A DNA stretch of 64,000 bases from Microbacteriaceae bacterium (GCA_024639845.1 JAHEGG010000001.1:147792-211791); one strand, 5' to 3'; numbered from the stretch's first letter, positions 38,686 through 47,875 are shown. The notes: generated from the letters alone by a model not told the origin. Numbers and translations: made by a program.

Positions 38686-39536
38686 TGCTGTTCGACTTCT
38701 CTGACTACGCGCAACTGCTTCCGCTGGTTGTCAACTCTCTGTTAGCCGCGACCCTCTTGGGTTTGATGGGCGGACTAATCGGCATCTTTGTGATGAATCG
38801 CGACTCGTCGTTTGCCGTGCACGGCATTAGCGAGCTTTCGTTTGCCGGTGCGGCCATCGCTTTGCTGGTTGGCGTGGATGTGGTGTTCGGTTCGATTCTC
38901 GGATCACTCGCGGCAGCCGTGCTCATTGCGGTTCTTGGAAGTCGAGCCAAGGAGCGCAACTCAATCATCGCGGTGCTAATGCCGTTCGGGCTCGGTGTCG
39001 GAATCTTGGCACTCTCGCTCTATCAAGGTCGAGCGTCAAACAAGTTCGGGCTGCTCACCGGCCAGATCATCGCGGTCGATCAGCCTGCACTGGCTTGGCT
39101 CGCATCGATTTCAGCGCTTGTCATTGTCGCGCTGCTGCTCATCTGGCGCCCGTTGCAGTTTGCCAGCCTCGACCCGGAGGTAGCCCGCGCTCGCGGTGTG
39201 GCCACTTCGAAGCTCGGCTATGTGTTCATGGTGCTTCTCGGTCTGGCCGTGGCCGCCAGCGTGCAGGTGGTCGGTGCTCTGCTCGTACTGAGCTTGCTCG
39301 TCACCCCCGCCGCAGCCGCCCTCCGAGTTACTTCGTCACCCAAAGTCGCGCCACTGCTGAGTGTTCTTTTCGCCCTCACCGCATCGGTCGGCGGAATCCT
39401 CCTTGCAGTCGGTGGCGGCTTGCCGGTGAGTCCATACATCACGACGATCTCGTTCGCTATTTATCTGGGATGCCGTGCCGTCGCGGCCGCTCGAAAACGC
39501 GCTGCTCGCGCATCCGTGGCGAAGGTATCGGCATGA
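38676..39536 (+). CDS. znuB: Metal ABC transporter permease
   Basis: 286-aa polytopic protein of the ABC-3 family type. The ATG at 38685 (TAATG overlap) is an alternative start. Confidence 0.85.
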   Translation: MALMLFDFSDYAQLLPLVVNSLLAATLLGLMGGLIGIFVMNRDSSFAVHGISELSFAGAAIALLVGVDVVFGSILGSLAAAVLIAVLGSRAKERNSIIAVLMPFGLGVGILALSLYQGRASNKFGLLTGQIIAVDQPALAWLASISALVIVALLLIWRPLQFASLDPEVARARGVATSKLGYVFMVLLGLAVAASVQVVGALLVLSLLVTPAAAALRVTSSPKVAPLLSVLFALTASVGGILLAVGGGLPVSPYITTISFAIYLGCRAVAAARKRAARASVAKVSA

Positions 39537-39922
39537 CCGTCAAGCGCAACACTTGGCAGAAAGATGCTGTGCGGCACGCCCTATCTGAGTCGGCAGGGTT
39601 CGTGAGCGCTCAGCAGTTGCATCAAGTTCTGCACGCTCATGGCTCAACCATCGGGCTGGCAACGGTCTATCGCGCGCTCGCCGACCTGCTACTCGCCGGC
39701 GATGCCGACAGCATCACCTCGACCGATGGCCAGTTGCTTTATCGGGCTTGTGGAACTTCGCACCACCATCACCTGGTTTGCCGGGAGTGTGGGCTGACCG
39801 TGGAGATCGACGCCGACCAGGTTGAAGCGTGGGCGTCGGGCATCGGCGGCGCTAACGGTTTCACAGACGTTAGTCATACAATCGAGTTGTTCGGGCTCTG
39901 CAGGGGATGTAGGGGGCTCTAA
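39533..39922 (+). CDS. zur: Zinc uptake regulator (Fur family)
   Basis: 129 aa from ATG 39533 (ATGA overlap with znuB): MTVKRNTWQKDAV...SHHHHLVCRECG...CRGC. The 275-aa track ORF 39095..39922 is this frame staying open across znuB. Confidence 0.88.
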   Translation: MTVKRNTWQKDAVRHALSESAGFVSAQQLHQVLHAHGSTIGLATVYRALADLLLAGDADSITSTDGQLLYRACGTSHHHHLVCRECGLTVEIDADQVEAWASGIGGANGFTDVSHTIELFGLCRGCRGL

Positions 39923-39933
39923 CTAACTAGGGT

Positions 39934-40395
39934 TTGGGGGACGCAGGGATGACTGCAGGATACGACCAGCGAGGTCAGAGGGAAATTCAGGTAGCCAGAC
40001 TGAGTCCCGAGAATTACAAGAAATACCGTCGCGCTCGTGGGGCGGCAATCGCCAGTGGGCTTATCGCGCTCTTCAGTTTCTGGATCATGTTTGGTTTGTT
40101 CGCGCTGCTCTCTCAGTTCATGTGGCAGGGATACAGCAAAGGACCTCTGCGGCTGCGCTATGGGGTTTATCTCACTTGCGCCATTGTCTTCGGTCTCGTT
40201 TCGTTGCTTAGTTACCCGATTCTTGTGGCGATAGCAAATGGAAGTGAAATGGGTCTCTATCAGTTAGCGCCTGTCGGATTTTTCATGGCAATCGTAAGTT
40301 TTATCTTCTCGATGATATTGACGACGAAAGCTAAAGATCTTCGCGAGACGATCTACTGGTCAAGAATTTCTAGTGAAGAGAAATGGGTCTCATGA
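39934..40395 (+). CDS. Hypothetical membrane protein (paralogue A)
   Basis: 153 aa (or a start at ATG 39949) with 3-4 TM helices. The N-terminal motif IQVARLSPENYKKYRR is shared with the next ORF. The local sequence is AT-richer. Confidence 0.55.
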   Translation: MGDAGMTAGYDQRGQREIQVARLSPENYKKYRRARGAAIASGLIALFSFWIMFGLFALLSQFMWQGYSKGPLRLRYGVYLTCAIVFGLVSLLSYPILVAIANGSEMGLYQLAPVGFFMAIVSFIFSMILTTKAKDLRETIYWSRISSEEKWVS

Positions 40396-40730
40396 AACGA
40401 AAAGAACAGCTTGCCAGGCTCTCGCCAGAGCAGCTAAGTCACTATAAGAAAAACGTCTGGTTTGCAGTTTTCTGTGGGCTGGGCCAACTCTGGACATTCC
40501 CGCTATTCAGCTGGCCAACCATTTATCCGTTTCTCTACGAAGCCAACAGACATGACACAAAGTTGACCATGCTTCAGATAACCTTCGGCAGTTTTATACC
40601 GCTGATAATCGTGGCTGCGATTTTTGGATATGCCGCAAGGCACTTCCAGAGAAGGGCTCGAAACATAAGGTGGGCTGTCGTGAACGCTAATCAGCCGGCG
40701 ATAGTCGAGCCAGATAATCTAAACCCGTGA
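40392..40730 (+). CDS. Hypothetical membrane protein (paralogue B)
   Basis: ATG 40392 forms an ATGA overlap with the previous stop: MKRKEQLARLSPEQLSHYKKN..., with 2 TM helices. Confidence 0.55.
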   Translation: MKRKEQLARLSPEQLSHYKKNVWFAVFCGLGQLWTFPLFSWPTIYPFLYEANRHDTKLTMLQITFGSFIPLIIVAAIFGYAARHFQRRARNIRWAVVNANQPAIVEPDNLNP

Positions 40731-40782
40731 GCAAGAAACCCATGCAACTGCGCAAAGTGCGCGGTTTCGCGAACAGGCGCGA

Positions 40783-40989
40783 ATGCGTGACGATGCAGTC
40801 GATCTGGTCACGCTAGTCGTCATCTGGGGCAACGGTTTCGCCAGCAGAAAATACATTAAGCCGAAAGAAATTCAGGAGCTTGAGCGAGCTGGCGACGAGT
40901 TCGAAAACCAGTATGGGCCGAAAGAGGTGCCCGTCGAAGAGTCCGATGCCGTGGCATCCCAGAAAAATTCGGAGCCGGAGAAGAACTAG
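40783..40989 (+). CDS. Hypothetical small acidic protein
   Basis: 68-aa ORF with no recognisable motif. Its coding status is uncertain. Confidence 0.25.
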   Translation: MRDDAVDLVTLVVIWGNGFASRKYIKPKEIQELERAGDEFENQYGPKEVPVEESDAVASQKNSEPEKN

Positions 40990-41118
40990 GACTTGATTAA
41001 CAGCGACTGACTCGCCTAAACTTGAGCAGTTGCCATGTGCAACCTAGTTTTCGCTCAAGCCAAAACAAACCATCCAAGATTTTCAGGGTTTATTGCTGGC
41101 TTGCCTAAAGGAGAAGAA

Positions 41119-41355
41119 ATGGCAGCTTACTGTCAGGTGACACAGACTGGCCCTCAGTTCGGCCACCATGTTTCGCACGCTCAGAACAAGACCAAGCGTC
41201 GCTTCAACCCGAACATTCAGAAGAAGACATACTTTGTACCTTCGCTGAAGCGCAACGTAACCCTCACCCTCAGTGCACGCGGCATCAAGGTGATTGACGC
41301 TCGTGGCATCGAGTCGGTCATCGCCGAGCTGCTTGCTCGTGGCGAGAAGATTTAA
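41119..41355 (+). CDS. rpmB: 50S ribosomal protein L28 (Cys-less, C- type)
   Basis: 78 aa from ATG 41119, preceded by AAAGGAGAAG: [36 protein letters not shown].... There are no CxxC pairs. Confidence 0.93.
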   Translation: MAAYCQVTQTGPQFGHHVSHAQNKTKRRFNPNIQKKTYFVPSLKRNVTLTLSARGIKVIDARGIESVIAELLARGEKI

Positions 41356-41369
41356 GGAGCCGAAGCTAA

Positions 41370-41540
41370 ATGGCTAAGAAAGACAAGGACATTCGTCCGA
41401 TCATCAAGCTGAAGTCGACTGCCGGCACCGGTTACACCTACGTGACCAAGAAGAACCGCCGCAACGACCCAGACCGCATCGTTCTAAAGAAGTACGACCC
41501 AGTAGTGCGCCAGCACGTTGAATTCCGCGAGGAGCGTTAA
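41370..41540 (+). CDS. rpmG: 50S ribosomal protein L33 (Cys-less, C- type)
   Basis: 56-codon ORF not in the track: [56 protein letters not shown]. Confidence 0.93.
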   Translation: MAKKDKDIRPIIKLKSTAGTGYTYVTKKNRRNDPDRIVLKKYDPVVRQHVEFREER

Positions 41541-41543
41541 TCC

Positions 41544-41849
41544 ATGGCTAAGAAGAGCAAGATTGCCCGTAACGAGCAGCGCAAGGTTGTTGTCGAGCGC
41601 TACGCCGCAAAGCGTCTAGAGCTGAAGAAGGCCCTCGTCGACCCAAACAGCACCGACGAGCAGCGCGAAGCAGCCCGACTAGGCCTGCAGAAGCTTCCAC
41701 GCAATGCATCGCCAGTTCGTGTTCGCAGCCGCGACGCGATCGACGGTCGTCCTCGTGGTGTGCTCACCAAGTTCGGTTTGTCGCGTGTGCGTTTCCGTGA
41801 CATGGCTCACAAGGGTGAGCTGCCAGGCATCACGAAGTCATCCTGGTAA
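41544..41849 (+). CDS. rpsN: 30S ribosomal protein S14 (long 101-aa, C- type)
   Basis: [24 protein letters not shown]...[11 protein letters not shown]. Confidence 0.94.
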   Translation: MAKKSKIARNEQRKVVVERYAAKRLELKKALVDPNSTDEQREAARLGLQKLPRNASPVRVRSRDAIDGRPRGVLTKFGLSRVRFRDMAHKGELPGITKSSW

Positions 41850-41865
41850 ATCACAACTTTTGAAA

Positions 41866-41895
41866 AGCCCGTCGGTCAACCGGCGGGTTTTTTGC
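41866..41895 (+). terminator. Intrinsic terminator after rpsN
   Basis: CCCGTCGG-tcaa-CCGGCGGG stem followed by TTTTTTG. Confidence 0.85.
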
Positions 41896-42025
41896 TTAAA
41901 TCCGCGTGGTTAAGCCAAAGTAACGCCTTCGCAACACGCCGAAACAAATAACAAGGGGATTTGCGCTGGGGGCTAGTGTGAAAGGGACAGTACGTCAAAA
42001 AACGTCTAGAGTCCAGGAGGACATT

Positions 42026-42310
42026 ATGGCTAACACCCTAAACAAGGGCGAACTCGTTGCAGCAGTTGCAGCCCACACTGGTGAGTCCCAGGCAGCCGTC
42101 AACCGCGTTGTTGACGCTCTGTTCGAGACCATCGCAAAGACCGTTGCCAAGGGCGACAAGGTCACCATCCCAGGCTGGCTTTCGGTTTCGAAGGGACACC
42201 GCTCGGCTCGCACCGGACGCAACCCTCAGACCGGCGCAACCATCCAGATTGCAGCTTCGAACACCGTCAAGGTGGCAGCAGGCAGCAAGCTGAAGGCAGC
42301 CGTCAAGTAG
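42026..42310 (+). CDS. hup: Nucleoid-associated protein HU (short form, no Lys/Ala tail)
   Basis: 94 aa from ATG 42026, preceded by CCAGGAGGA: MANTLNKGELVAAVAAHTGESQAAVNRVVDALFETIAK...RNPQTGATI. Confidence 0.93.
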   Translation: MANTLNKGELVAAVAAHTGESQAAVNRVVDALFETIAKTVAKGDKVTIPGWLSVSKGHRSARTGRNPQTGATIQIAASNTVKVAAGSKLKAAVK

Positions 42311-42329
42311 TCTTCACTACACAAGCTTT

Positions 42330-42357
42330 AGGCGTCGACTTAGGTCGGCGCCTTTTG
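42330..42357 (+). terminator. Intrinsic terminator after hup
   Basis: AGGCGTCGAC-ttag-GTCGGCGCCT stem followed by TTTTGCTTT. Confidence 0.8.
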
Positions 42358-42402
42358 CTTTAACCAAGGATGTGCGGGCTTGCGTTGTGGCAGAGTTGAC
42401 TC

Positions 42403-42825
42403 ATGACCGATGATCTCAAGCCGAAGCCCATGTTCGACCAACTGCTCGTTTATAGCGGCATCGCGATTCTCGCCTGCCTCCTCGCAGCGCCAACCGGACT
42501 CTTCGCACTGCCGGTTTCAATCTTCGCCTTAGTGCTGGCCATTTTGCGCCGCAGCTTCAAGCCGATTCCTGGTAAGCGTTTTATCGCACCGGGTCTTTGG
42601 TGGGGAGCCCTCTATGCCCTGTTCGGCATCTACAGCGCGGTCTACTTTTGGGTAACACCGCAGAGCGAGGCAGAGGCTGCGATCGGGCAAGTTTTGTCCC
42701 TAATTTTTGTGGTGCAGGTAGTTGTGCCTGGTGTGATCGTGTGCATCCTAGGTTTGATTCGTAGCCGTCGCCTGAATGCCGAGCTGGCAGCTGATGCGGC
42801 CGCAGATGTGGACAACTCCAACTAA
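42403..42825 (+). CDS. Hypothetical membrane protein (4 TM)
   Basis: 140 aa with four hydrophobic helices and no recognisable motif. Confidence 0.55.
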   Translation: MTDDLKPKPMFDQLLVYSGIAILACLLAAPTGLFALPVSIFALVLAILRRSFKPIPGKRFIAPGLWWGALYALFGIYSAVYFWVTPQSEAEAAIGQVLSLIFVVQVVVPGVIVCILGLIRSRRLNAELAADAAADVDNSN

Positions 42826-42848
42826 ACGGAGATTCAACGTCGGCGTTT

Positions 42849-44846
42849 GTGCCTAGGCTTAACCCTGTGAATCTCAACCAAAAAACCTCGCGCGCCGGCT
42901 TTGGCGCACCCGCGATTTTGGTTGGGGCAACTGTCATTTCGGTTCTAGTCATCGCGAGTTTGGTCGGAATCACCAATCCCTATTTGCTTGGCGATCCTGG
43001 CGATCTGGTGCGCTGGGGGCTTCCGGTTGCCAAGGCACTAACCAGCATTTCGATTGCCGTTGCTGTCGGAGGTTCGGTCTTTGCCGCGTTCGCCCTGTCT
43101 GAGTCAAGCCAGCAACTTAGGCGAGTGCTTGGGTTGGTAGCATCGGCCGGTGCGGCTTGGGTGTTGTTTGGCTCGGTCAGTTTTCTATTCACCTATCTGT
43201 CAATCACCGGCACACCTCTGGCCTTTGACTCGCAGTTTTCTGCCGGCTTAGAGCTGTTTGCCACACAAATAGCACTGGGTCAATCACAATCCCTAAATCT
43301 TGCGGCAGGTTTGGTGGTGGCCACCCTCGGTTTTATGGTTCGAACTATCAAAGGCGCGCTCTGGCTTTCTGTGATTGGGCTTGCTTCGCTTGTTCCGCTC
43401 GCGGTGTCTGGGCACTCCGCTGGAACATCCGGTCATGCGATGGCCGTCAACTCGATGGGCATGCATCTGGTTGCCGTGGTGATCTGGGTCGGTGGGTTGG
43501 TCGCTCTGATGGCTGCCTGGGCGGGCAGCTCTGTCGACGAACGGCATCGGTATCTCAAGCGGTATTCCACCTTGGCGCTCGTGGCGTTTGTGTTGACGGC
43601 TGTCTCGGGTGCGGCATCCGCGTTGATTCGCATTTCGGTTGATGAACTGTTTGGCAGCATGTATGGGCAACTTGTCGTGGCTAAGGTCTTGGCGCTGATC
43701 GTGCTGGGATGCTTTGGCGCAATCTATCGACTCAAGTTGATCGGCGCGACGGCGGCAGACCTCAAGCAGCGAGTCTTGGTTCCAGTGGCGTTAGTTGAGC
43801 TGGCCATCATGGGTGTTGCCGTTGCGCTGGCCACGGCTCTAGCCCGCACAGGTGCTCCGGCTCCCACCGACATCGTCGACGATCCAAGCCCAGCGAGAAT
43901 CCTCACCGGCAGCGACCTTCCACCGGAGTTGACAGCCGACCGGTGGTTTAGCGAATGGCGCTTCGATCTCGTCTGGACAACCATTTGCGTGGTCGCCGCG
44001 GTTGGCTATGTTTGGGGAGTCGTTCGACTTCGACGTCGCGGCGATGTTTGGTCGCTCGCTCGCACGGCATCCTGGCTCACCGGCATCGCTCTGCTGTTTT
44101 ACATCACCAATGGCGCAATTAACGCCTATCAGGAATACCTGTTCTCGGTGCACATGATCGGACACATGATCTTGAGCATGGGCGTGCCGGTGTTGCTCGT
44201 GCCTGGGGCTCCCGTCACCTTGCTTCTGCGCACGGTGGCGAAGCGCACCGACGAATCTTGGGGCGTTCGCGAGTGGGTTCTATGGGCGGTGCACACTCCT
44301 TTCGCAAGACTCGTTTCACACCCAATCTTCGCGGCGGTCAACTTCGCCGGTTCGCTTGTGCTCTTCTACTTCACTCCGGCGTTCTCGTGGTCGGTTCACG
44401 ATCATCTTGGTCACCAGTGGATGACCGTGCACTTCTTGATCACCGGATACCTGTTTGTGCAGGCAATCGTCGGCATCGACCCTGGCCCGCATCGACTGCC
44501 ATACCCGGTTCGGTTGATGCTTCTGATTGGCACGTTGGCGTTCCACGCCTTCTTCGGGCTGGCCCTCATGGACGGCACCGCCCTGCTTCTGCCTGAGTGG
44601 TATGGCGCTATGGGTCGCACTTGGGGTTCCACTCCGCTGGCCGACCAACACGATGGTGGAGCTATCGCGTGGGGTATCGGGGAATTGCCCACCGCAGTGC
44701 TTACGATTATCGTCTCGGTGCAATGGGCCCGAGCCGACATCCGTGAATCAAAGCGTCTCGATCGCGCATCCGATCGCTCTGGCAACCAGGATCTCGAAGA
44801 GTACAACGCCATGCTTGAGCGGCTAGCCAAGCGCAAGGAGCGGTAG
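42849..44846 (+). CDS. CopD-like / cytochrome c oxidase assembly CtaG-like fusion membrane protein
   Basis: 665-aa polytopic protein. The N-terminal half resembles the CopD family. The C-terminal half carries the caa3-CtaG-type motif HMIGHMILSMGVPVLLVPGAP. The start is uncertain. Confidence 0.7.
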   Translation: MPRLNPVNLNQKTSRAGFGAPAILVGATVISVLVIASLVGITNPYLLGDPGDLVRWGLPVAKALTSISIAVAVGGSVFAAFALSESSQQLRRVLGLVASAGAAWVLFGSVSFLFTYLSITGTPLAFDSQFSAGLELFATQIALGQSQSLNLAAGLVVATLGFMVRTIKGALWLSVIGLASLVPLAVSGHSAGTSGHAMAVNSMGMHLVAVVIWVGGLVALMAAWAGSSVDERHRYLKRYSTLALVAFVLTAVSGAASALIRISVDELFGSMYGQLVVAKVLALIVLGCFGAIYRLKLIGATAADLKQRVLVPVALVELAIMGVAVALATALARTGAPAPTDIVDDPSPARILTGSDLPPELTADRWFSEWRFDLVWTTICVVAAVGYVWGVVRLRRRGDVWSLARTASWLTGIALLFYITNGAINAYQEYLFSVHMIGHMILSMGVPVLLVPGAPVTLLLRTVAKRTDESWGVREWVLWAVHTPFARLVSHPIFAAVNFAGSLVLFYFTPAFSWSVHDHLGHQWMTVHFLITGYLFVQAIVGIDPGPHRLPYPVRLMLLIGTLAFHAFFGLALMDGTALLLPEWYGAMGRTWGSTPLADQHDGGAIAWGIGELPTAVLTIIVSVQWARADIRESKRLDRASDRSGNQDLEEYNAMLERLAKRKER

Positions 44847-46216
44847 TGGATCAGGTTTCACTGTCAGAAGAGCAACTCGCGCTCTTCAAATACATCGATG
44901 GTGAACACACCAACATCTTCGTGACTGGCCGAGCCGGCACTGGCAAGTCCACGCTGCTTAGCTACCTCGTCGAGAACACCAAAAAGAACTTTGCGGTGTG
45001 TGCGCCAACGGGTGTGGCTGCGCTAAACGTGAGCGGTCAGACTATCCACTCACTGTTTGGCTTGCCGCCAGGACTCTTGGGCACCGAAGATGTTGCTCGG
45101 CATCTAAACAAGCGAACTCGAGAAGTTTTGCGGTCAATCGAGATGCTGGTGATCGACGAGATTTCGATGGTCTCGGCCGACCTACTCGATGCCATGAACC
45201 GCATGCTAATCGCTGCTCGAGGCAAAAACCGGGGGCCCTTTGGTGGAGCACAGGTTGTAATGTTTGGCGACCCCTACCAACTAGCGCCAGTGCCGCCGAG
45301 CGATCCAGCCGAGCGAGGCTGGTTGGCCGAAAATTATCAGAGCAACTGGTTTTTCGATGCGCATGTCTGGCGCGACGCCGACCTCGAACGCTATGAACTC
45401 AACGAGATCTTCAGGCAGCACGACGACGAGTTCAAGAGCATCCTGAATGCCATCCGCGACGGCTCGTGCAGCCAAGAAATGCTCGACCGGCTCAACCAAG
45501 CGGGCAACCGTTTCGCCCCACACGACGATGTGATTCGCCTTTGCACGATCAACGCGACGGTTGACCAGATCAACGGCACAAGGCTGTCTCGCCTAGGCAC
45601 CCCACCTAAGCAGTTTCAAGCAAGGTTTGCTTCTGGCGACGCCCAGTCGTTTGGTCGGGCACTGCCTGTCGAGCTCAGCCTCACCCTAAAAGAAGGCGCT
45701 CAGGTGATGTTTGTTAAAAACGACGACCAGAGCAATCGCAAAACCAAAGACGGTCTCACCGTTCGCCGCTGGGTCAATGGCACCATCGGGCACGTGGTTC
45801 AGATTCACAACGATAACCATGTGTCAATCGAGGTCGATGGAGAAGTCGTCGATGTGGGTATCTCAACCTGGGAGAAAATCCGGTACGAGATCGAAAACGA
45901 ATTCGACGAGGCAACCGGAAACTTCAAAGAGGTGCTCGTTCCGATCACTCTCGCCGAATACCAACAGATTCCGCTTCGCCTAGCCTGGGCTGTCACGGTG
46001 CACAAGTCGCAGGGTCAGACCTACGAAGAGGTCACGATCGACATGGGGCGTGGTGCGTTCAGCCCCGGTCAAACCTACGTGGCCCTCAGCCGAGTGCGTT
46101 CGCTCGAGGGGCTCTATCTGACTCGCCCAATCACGATGCGCGACATTCTCGTTGACGACGATGTTTTGCGATTCATGGGCGCTAAGCCAAACGCTGCACT
46201 CGAGCGCCTCATCTAA
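44846..46216 (+). CDS. PIF1/RecD-family SF1B DNA helicase
   Basis: Walker A VTGRAGTGKSTLL, Walker B LVIDEISMV, Pif1-type RGPFGGAQVVMFGDPYQLAPV, plus VTVHKSQGQTYEEV and YVALSRVRS. The GTG start overlaps the upstream TAG by 1 nt. Confidence 0.85.
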   Translation: MDQVSLSEEQLALFKYIDGEHTNIFVTGRAGTGKSTLLSYLVENTKKNFAVCAPTGVAALNVSGQTIHSLFGLPPGLLGTEDVARHLNKRTREVLRSIEMLVIDEISMVSADLLDAMNRMLIAARGKNRGPFGGAQVVMFGDPYQLAPVPPSDPAERGWLAENYQSNWFFDAHVWRDADLERYELNEIFRQHDDEFKSILNAIRDGSCSQEMLDRLNQAGNRFAPHDDVIRLCTINATVDQINGTRLSRLGTPPKQFQARFASGDAQSFGRALPVELSLTLKEGAQVMFVKNDDQSNRKTKDGLTVRRWVNGTIGHVVQIHNDNHVSIEVDGEVVDVGISTWEKIRYEIENEFDEATGNFKEVLVPITLAEYQQIPLRLAWAVTVHKSQGQTYEEVTIDMGRGAFSPGQTYVALSRVRSLEGLYLTRPITMRDILVDDDVLRFMGAKPNAALERLI

Positions 46217-46272
46217 AACACTGTCGGTGGCTCGCCATATCCTGAAGTCGTAAGAGATGAAAGGAAGCAACG

Positions 46273-46635
46273 ATGACTTTTTATGATGTGACACTTTATG
46301 GCAGCAAGGTTGCTGGAAACGCCACCGGTGCTGTGGCCGTATCCAGGGCTTTGGGTGTAGTCGACAAATGGTATGCGGTCGATCCAGAACTGGTGCACAA
46401 CGAACCGCGCTGCGAGGAGTGTGCCTTTACCGGTGTTTATCAGGGACAAACCGGCACTGCTCTATATCACACCCTGCTCATTCGCGAGCAGATCGCCCGC
46501 GACATCGAACTCTGTGGTGATTTCGAATGGCGCAAGAAGAAAGGCATCGGTCGTCGCGCGCCTCGTGAATACTTTGACGAGATAGTCCAAGAGGGTCAAG
46601 AAACCTGCTTCACCCTCTACATCACCGAAATCTAG
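46273..46635 (+). CDS. Hypothetical 120-aa protein
   Basis: ORF with reasonable codon structure. It contains CEEC and two further Cys residues. I recognise no family. Confidence 0.45.
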   Translation: MTFYDVTLYGSKVAGNATGAVAVSRALGVVDKWYAVDPELVHNEPRCEECAFTGVYQGQTGTALYHTLLIREQIARDIELCGDFEWRKKKGIGRRAPREYFDEIVQEGQETCFTLYITEI

Positions 46636-47816
46636 TCTTGAGACTTGCCGACCCACCCGAAAGGCTCGTCGGGAGTTGACTTGGGTTCGTTCGGGTCGAG
46701 CCACCAGTTGATCGGGTGCTCGACTCGGCCGGCCCACCAAAGTTCCGAGTGACCCGTGTTCGGGTAGACGGCCTCGATGTAGTCGACGCCTTCGCGGTAA
46801 CCCTTCTCGCGCATCCGAGCCTTGAAATATTCTTGGAAAGGCGCATAAAGTGCGTCAAGTTCGATGGTTCCACCGTCAGACCAGATGCGGTGAGTGCCAG
46901 GTTCGGGCAGCCGAGCGACGTATTCGTCGATTACCTCTTTGCCACCAAGCGGCCAGTGGGTTGAATAGGCGAGTGCCGTGCCATAGACCTCGGGATATTT
47001 GATCAAACCATAGAGCGACGTGAGCGCACCCATGCTCGAACCACCCATCGCCGTGCGCTCGCGCGAAAGTTCGACACCGAACTCGGCAGCGATCGTTGGC
47101 AGAATCTTCTCGGCAATCAGCTTGTGATAGGAGTTGCCGAGCGGACCCTTGGTGTTCCACTCTGACGGAATCTGCTTGGCCAAGTGCGGGCGGGCTCGCC
47201 AAATGTCCTCAGGCCCATACTCGAGACCGCGCTTGCTGCCATCCCCGTCGACATAGGTCACGCCGATGATCAGCGGCTTGCGGTCACCACGGATGCGCGA
47301 ACCACCCGGCTTGCGGTCACGCAACGCGTCGAGCAGTCCCCAAGTAGCCCCGAAGGTCGAGGTTGCGGGGTCGAACAGGTTGTGGCCGTCGTGCATCACA
47401 AGCACAGGGGTGTCGGCACCGACATCCTTGGGAACCCACACAACTACGGGATGGTCGTCAAAGACATAGCGACGAATGCGCCCACCGGCGAATTCGATCT
47501 TGTGCAGTCGCAGCGAACGCATCGCCAAGAACAGCGGGAAGACGAACGCGAACGCCGTTACGAAAGCCAGAGCGATGTAGGCCCAAAGAAAGCGCATTTT
47601 GAGTCGACGGCCCTCGATCACAATGAAGCTCATTCCTGCGATGCCGCCGATGAGCAGGTCGAGCGAATAAACCCAGTCGACGTTGGTTGTGAAACCATCG
47701 GCCAGGTAGTCCTCTTTTCCTAGCACGGCGAGGAAGTTGAAATACCAAGCCGTAGCCAGGCCGATAATAGAGAGAGCGAAGAAATACAACGCATTCGTTC
47801 GATGTTGGGTCTTCAT
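46632..47816 (-). CDS. Membrane-anchored esterase: DUF2834-like N-terminal TM domain fused to a putative-esterase alpha/beta hydrolase
   Basis: The N-terminal ~110 aa have 3-4 TM helices. The C-terminal domain has GGSSMGALTS (GxSxG). I prefer ATG 47816, preceded by GGAG, over the track GTG 47837. The stop codons of this gene and the previous one share CTAG. Confidence 0.75.
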   Translation of the reverse strand: MKTQHRTNALYFFALSIIGLATAWYFNFLAVLGKEDYLADGFTTNVDWVYSLDLLIGGIAGMSFIVIEGRRLKMRFLWAYIALAFVTAFAFVFPLFLAMRSLRLHKIEFAGGRIRRYVFDDHPVVVWVPKDVGADTPVLVMHDGHNLFDPATSTFGATWGLLDALRDRKPGGSRIRGDRKPLIIGVTYVDGDGSKRGLEYGPEDIWRARPHLAKQIPSEWNTKGPLGNSYHKLIAEKILPTIAAEFGVELSRERTAMGGSSMGALTSLYGLIKYPEVYGTALAYSTHWPLGGKEVIDEYVARLPEPGTHRIWSDGGTIELDALYAPFQEYFKARMREKGYREGVDYIEAVYPNTGHSELWWAGRVEHPINWWLDPNEPKSTPDEPFGWVGKSQD

Positions 47817-47875
47817 AGCTCCATCATTCCACGCCACCTCGCGTAGCCTCCTGCAGAAATGACAACTAACCCACG

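Noticed and set aside
39095-39532. The upstream 146 codons of the 275-aa ORF that ends as zur.
   Set aside because: This frame lies entirely inside the znuB permease gene in another frame and is Arg/Ser/Pro-rich, which is typical out-of-frame composition. Zur starts at the ATGA junction at 39533.
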